Shown piece by piece: positions 63,798 through 64,000 of a stretch of 64,000 bases of DNA. Each line of letters opens with the position of its first letter. Positions within the stretch are counted from its first letter, which is position 1. Below the pieces are notes generated by a model. It saw only the letters and a list, made by a program, of their open reading frames with translations, was not told the DNA's origin and ran no database searches. Source of the DNA: a virus. The position numbers and the translations under genes were made by a program. The DNA is taken from the IMG/VR virus record IMGVR_UViG_3300045988_121434, positions 32,336 to 96,335 of that record; one strand, 5' to 3'.

Positions 63798-64000
63798 GCG
63801 CCCGTCCTGGTGCCTCCATGTTGGCACGGATGGAGTATTACGCCCGTGTGTCATTTGCGCCCGCTGGTGCCTCCATGTTGGCACGGATGGAGTATTACGC
63901 CCGTGTGTCATTTGCCCCCGTCCTGGTGCCTCCATGTTGGCACGGATGGAGTATTACGCCCGTGTGTCATTTGCGCCCGCTGGTGCCTCCATGTTGGCAC
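63798..64000. repeat. Tandem repeat array, alternating 59- and 57-bp units, truncated by the window end
   Basis: The units start at 63798 (59 bp), 63857 (57 bp), 63914 (59 bp) and 63973 (partial). They are nearly identical and differ by CGTCCTGG versus CGCTGG and one G/C substitution. Each unit contains the nested inverted repeats GTGCC..GGCAC and CTCCAT..ATGGAG. Confidence 0.85.

Noticed and set aside
63798-64000. Possible CRISPR array at the window end.
   Set aside because: The whole 57/59-bp unit repeats nearly identically. There are no unique spacers between short repeats, and no cas genes are nearby. It is a tandem repeat, not a repeat-spacer array.
1-64000. Genome-wide stop-codon reassignment (TGA to Trp or TAG to Gln), as reported for some gut phages. 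I considered this because of the in-frame TGA at 17496 and the in-frame TAA at 4522.
   Set aside because: Very long ORFs (1790, 1757, 935 and 664 codons) are intact under the standard code. TGA, TAA and TAG all occur as normal terminators of well-supported genes. No suppressor tRNA was seen. The two interruptions therefore look local.
59580-64000. A prophage boundary, att site or integrase.
   Set aside because: Composition and gene content change after about 59.6 kb. However, no integrase, tRNA target or direct att repeats could be identified in the window, so a boundary cannot be called.

Overview
The window reads as about 60 kb of a tailed dsDNA phage or prophage of a Bacteroidota host. 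Host evidence is several TAnnTTTG -7 promoter boxes, a BspA-type LRR protein and a lipoprotein. From about 59.6 kb it becomes an AT-rich accessory or boundary region. Modules by position: (1) 0-10.9 kb, early/accessory genes including YopX, two paralogous GNATs and RtcB. (2) 11-18.4 kb, a minus-strand block with the large terminase, two amino-methyltransferases, a PAPS-reductase-like PP-loop enzyme and a radical-SAM enzyme. (3) 19.8-25.2 kb, tape measure. (4) 25.3-29.4 kb, an iteron-rich putative origin plus a primase-like initiator, a guanylate-kinase-like protein, ThyX and MazG. (5) 31.2-34.2 kb, S49 prohead protease/scaffold and putative capsid. (6) 35.2-36.2 kb, a LysR-type moron. (7) 40-57 kb, portal candidate and baseplate/fibre genes with collagen-like triplets. 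(8) 54-59 kb, holin-like proteins, GH19 endolysin and a spanin-like protein. The most unusual region is nt 3629-8025. It holds a single circularly permuted C5-cytosine methyltransferase core (motif order IX-X-I-IV-VI-VIII). The core is flanked by 13 mini-ORFs of 43-109 codons, mostly below the ORF-track cut-off. Each mini-ORF resembles one C5-MTase target-recognition domain (TRD). Most are chained by 8-nt ATGAnTAA stop/start overlaps, and five carry G7-G10 tracts, two of which are out of frame as sequenced. Other notable points are an in-frame TGA in the radical-SAM gene, a single in-frame TAA between one TRD module and the MTase core, a compositionally mosaic tail-fibre gene, and 57/59-bp tandem repeats at the window end. 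I recognised no rRNA, tRNA, CRISPR array, integrase or reverse transcriptase. All family assignments are motif recognition by eye and need profile searches.
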